18,169 nucleotides of DNA. Source: Bdellovibrionota bacterium FG-1 (GTDB lineage: Bacteria > Bdellovibrionota > UBA1018). Under the pieces are notes generated by a model that saw only the letters and a list, made by a program, of their open reading frames with translations, did no database searches and was not told the DNA's origin. The translations under genes were made by a program, and so were the position numbers. Location of the stretch: the NCBI GenBank assembly GCA_051382295.1, contig JBBCAW010000065.1:1-18169 (forward strand), read 5' to 3'. Positions 15,790-18,169 of the stretch are shown here, piece after piece. Position 1 is the stretch's first letter; each line of letters opens with the position of its first letter.

Positions 15790-18168
15790 ATGCGCAAGCT
15801 CGAATGGACACCTGTATCGTCTCAAACCATCACTCACCTCATTGTGATGTCGTCGCTATTTATGATGATCGCGGGGTGCATACAGCCCACCCCGATCGGA
15901 CCTAAACCGATCAACGCTGCCGCTGACGCCTCCGCGAGCGCCAGTGCTACGCCCACACCGACAGATTCTGCCACGCCCCCTCCTCCTCCGCCAGCGGTGG
16001 CCCCGACCCCAAGCCCTTCCAGCAGCCCGAGCGCGACCCCTGTCGTAGTAGCCAGTCCAACCTCGGGTATCCTCACGGGATCAGCCACGCCTACGCAAAA
16101 CACTTGCGTTACCTACACCGCAACTGTGGATCAAAACGCCCTAACCGATATTGCGATTGCGATGAGCAGTAATAGTGGTCATGTCACGCTATTTACTGAC
16201 ACAACTTGCAGCACCGGATCTGGGGCATCGGTCAATCTCACCATTCCAACCGGCAGCGCCTCGGTTCAGTTCTCCATGACTGATACAAATTCAGAAGCCG
16301 TCACTCTCTCTGCAGCCGCAACCGGCGGTCTGGTCGGCACGGTTACCAAGGACATCACCGTTGGAGTCGCTCACCTCAATATCTCCGTCGCCGCAGCCAC
16401 GGCCAAATCCAACGTCTGCCTGGGCCCGTTTACCGTTGAAGCTCAAAACGCAGGCAATACTCCGATCACGATGAACCCCACCCTTTCAGTGACTCTGGCG
16501 GGGGCCGGATTAGGCGGAACCTTCTATACCGACGCATGCTCCACTCCTGCAGCAGGCTCGGCGATTACGATTGCTAATGGTGCGAACTCCGGCACGTTCT
16601 ATTACAAGAGCACGGGTTCGGGCGCGCGAAGCCTCACGGCCAGCGCCGCGAGTGGCGTGATTCTATCCAATACCCTCGCCGCAACCGTCACCCCCAGCAA
16701 ATTTGCCGTGACCGTCGTTGCCGCCAGCTTCGATAACGCCACTTGCGGCGGACCTTTTACGATTACCTCGCAGAACTCCACGAGCACCACAGCCAATGCG
16801 ACCTCCACTCTGACCGTAGATCTCAGTCACACTGGGGGCGCTCATGGGGTGTTTTATAGTGACGCGTGTAGTACCACGACAACCACCGCCACTATCACCG
16901 CAGGGACAAGCACAGCCACGTTCTATTACAAAGACACCACCGCAAGTGAAACGCCGACCTTGACCGCAGCGGACCATGCGGGATCACTGACATCGGGAAC
17001 GGTGGGCGTGACGATCACCACCCCCATACCTCTCCTTACAGGATTCTTTGGGTCCACAATGGCGGTCATTAATGGCAAAGCTTATTGCATGGGAACGAAT
17101 TCCTACGGCGTATGCGGAGTCGGCGATGCGGCCGCCCACTATTCTCCAGTTGCTGTCAACAATGTCACCAGGGTGACGGCCCTCATGTCAAACTCTTCAG
17201 ATGGTATTAGTTCAGTGAATTGCCTCGTGGACGACGGCAAGGCCAAATGCATGGGCTATGGAGTCATGGGAGATGGAAAGACTGTAGATTGCGCCTATGG
17301 CACGGCTTGTACAGCCCTCTCCCCGGTACAAGTTTCTGGATTGGACGCCAGCGGCGGGAGTTCAACGATCGCCACCCAGGTTGCAGGATCAAGGAATGAC
17401 ACATTTTGTGCATTGACACAAAATGGCGCTGTTCGCTGCTGGGGCAATAATGTCGGCGACGGCAGCACAACCTTTTCACTGACCCCTGTTGCCACCACCC
17501 TGACCAGTGGAGTAACAAAGATTACAAGTAGTCGCTCGAATGTTCTGGCAGTCCAAAATGGAGCGCTTTATTACTGGGGCGACACGCTACTCACCCCAAC
17601 CCTAGTCGCGGCCTATGATGGATCAACTGCTGCCAACACGGTGGTCGATGTCGCAGGCGCCAATACTGACAATAATGCCGGTGGTGAACGATTTTGTGCA
17701 GTCACCGCCGACGGAGGCGCATCGTGCCAGGATGGCCTTAAGATTCTCCCCGCAGGATCCGGAGCCAGTAAAATTGTTGCCGGCGCGTCCCATGTTTGCG
17801 TCATCTACACGGACGGGTTAAAATGCGCAAATCTCAGAGGAGGTCAATACTGGTCACCTATGGGAGACATATCCCTCGGAGACAACGTCACATACAATCC
17901 CGGCAGAAGCGGAAGCACCACAAATTTTATAACAGCTATTGGCTTGGTGCAAATCGGCCAAAGCGGAACTCACAACAATGATGGTGTAGGCAGTCCGAGC
18001 ACCTTTGCCTCGACCGATATTTTGGCCATCGGCACGGGATATGAGCATGTCTGCGTGATCACCGCTGGAAATATGATGAGCTGTTGGGGCGTTAATCACT
18101 ATGGTGAAATGGGCACAGGCTCAACCGACAACACTGAATACCGCGTTGCCATACCGACAGTGACTGCT
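15790..18168 (+). CDS. Large surface lipoprotein: Pro/Ser/Thr linker, three Ig-like repeats, RCC1/BLIP-II-like beta-propeller; 3' end truncated by the window
   Basis: Hand translation is open for 793 codons from ATG at 15790 (GGAGG RBS) with no stop. Lipobox IAGC. RCC1-like blades AYCMGTNSYGVCGVG, FCALTQNGAVRCWGN, IVAGASHVCVI and IGTGYEHVCVITAGNMMSCWGVNHYGEMGTG. Confidence 0.9.
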   Translation, partial: MRKLEWTPVSSQTITHLIVMSSLFMMIAGCIQPTPIGPKPINAAADASASASATPTPTDSATPPPPPPAVAPTPSPSSSPSATPVVVASPTSGILTGSATPTQNTCVTYTATVDQNALTDIAIAMSSNSGHVTLFTDTTCSTGSGASVNLTIPTGSASVQFSMTDTNSEAVTLSAAATGGLVGTVTKDITVGVAHLNISVAAATAKSNVCLGPFTVEAQNAGNTPITMNPTLSVTLAGAGLGGTFYTDACSTPAAGSAITIANGANSGTFYYKSTGSGARSLTASAASGVILSNTLAATVTPSKFAVTVVAASFDNATCGGPFTITSQNSTSTTANATSTLTVDLSHTGGAHGVFYSDACSTTTTTATITAGTSTATFYYKDTTASETPTLTAADHAGSLTSGTVGVTITTPIPLLTGFFGSTMAVINGKAYCMGTNSYGVCGVGDAAAHYSPVAVNNVTRVTALMSNSSDGISSVNCLVDDGKAKCMGYGVMGDGKTVDCAYGTACTALSPVQVSGLDASGGSSTIATQVAGSRNDTFCALTQNGAVRCWGNNVGDGSTTFSLTPVATTLTSGVTKITSSRSNVLAVQNGALYYWGDTLLTPTLVAAYDGSTAANTVVDVAGANTDNNAGGERFCAVTADGGASCQDGLKILPAGSGASKIVAGASHVCVIYTDGLKCANLRGGQYWSPMGDISLGDNVTYNPGRSGSTTNFITAIGLVQIGQSGTHNNDGVGSPSTFASTDILAIGTGYEHVCVITAGNMMSCWGVNHYGEMGTGSTDNTEYRVAIPTVTA
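16693..17016 (+). repeat. Ig-like domain, homologous to 14232-14558
   Basis: Third stalk repeat of the RCC1 lipoprotein, similar at both nucleotide and protein level to the upstream gene's domain. Confidence 0.9.
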
Positions 18169-18169
18169 T

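Noticed and set aside
15834..18099. Short track ORFs in the last 2.3 kb
   Set aside because: All are shadows of the single long plus-strand ORF starting at 15790.

Overview
Bacterial chromosomal window, probably from a Bdellovibrionota/Oligoflexia-type organism (inferred from the gene repertoire; not proven). It has four parts. (1) 132-5750 is a tandem duplication (about 2.8 kb period) of an unannotated three-gene cassette: a small exported protein on the minus strand, divergent from a 14-Cys secreted protein and a Gly-rich lipoprotein. The copies share identical blocks but differ in variable domains. The duplication is flanked by a thioredoxin/peroxiredoxin-like gene (truncated at the left edge) and a stand-alone 2-oxoacid dehydrogenase E2 catalytic-domain gene. 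(2) Next come a small secreted protein with a sigma54-type promoter, a UvrA paralog, a TPR/winged-helix regulator with a downstream secreted protein, and an alpha/beta hydrolase. (3) An AAA ATPase-wHTH-DUF234-PD-(D/E)xK gene is preceded by a triple 16-bp-period palindrome array. (4) Two paralogous lipoproteins share an Ig-like stalk domain and a homologous upstream region but carry different beta-propeller heads (lactonase-like and RCC1-like). The second runs off the right edge and is absent from the ORF track. No rRNA, tRNA, CRISPR array or transposase was recognised.
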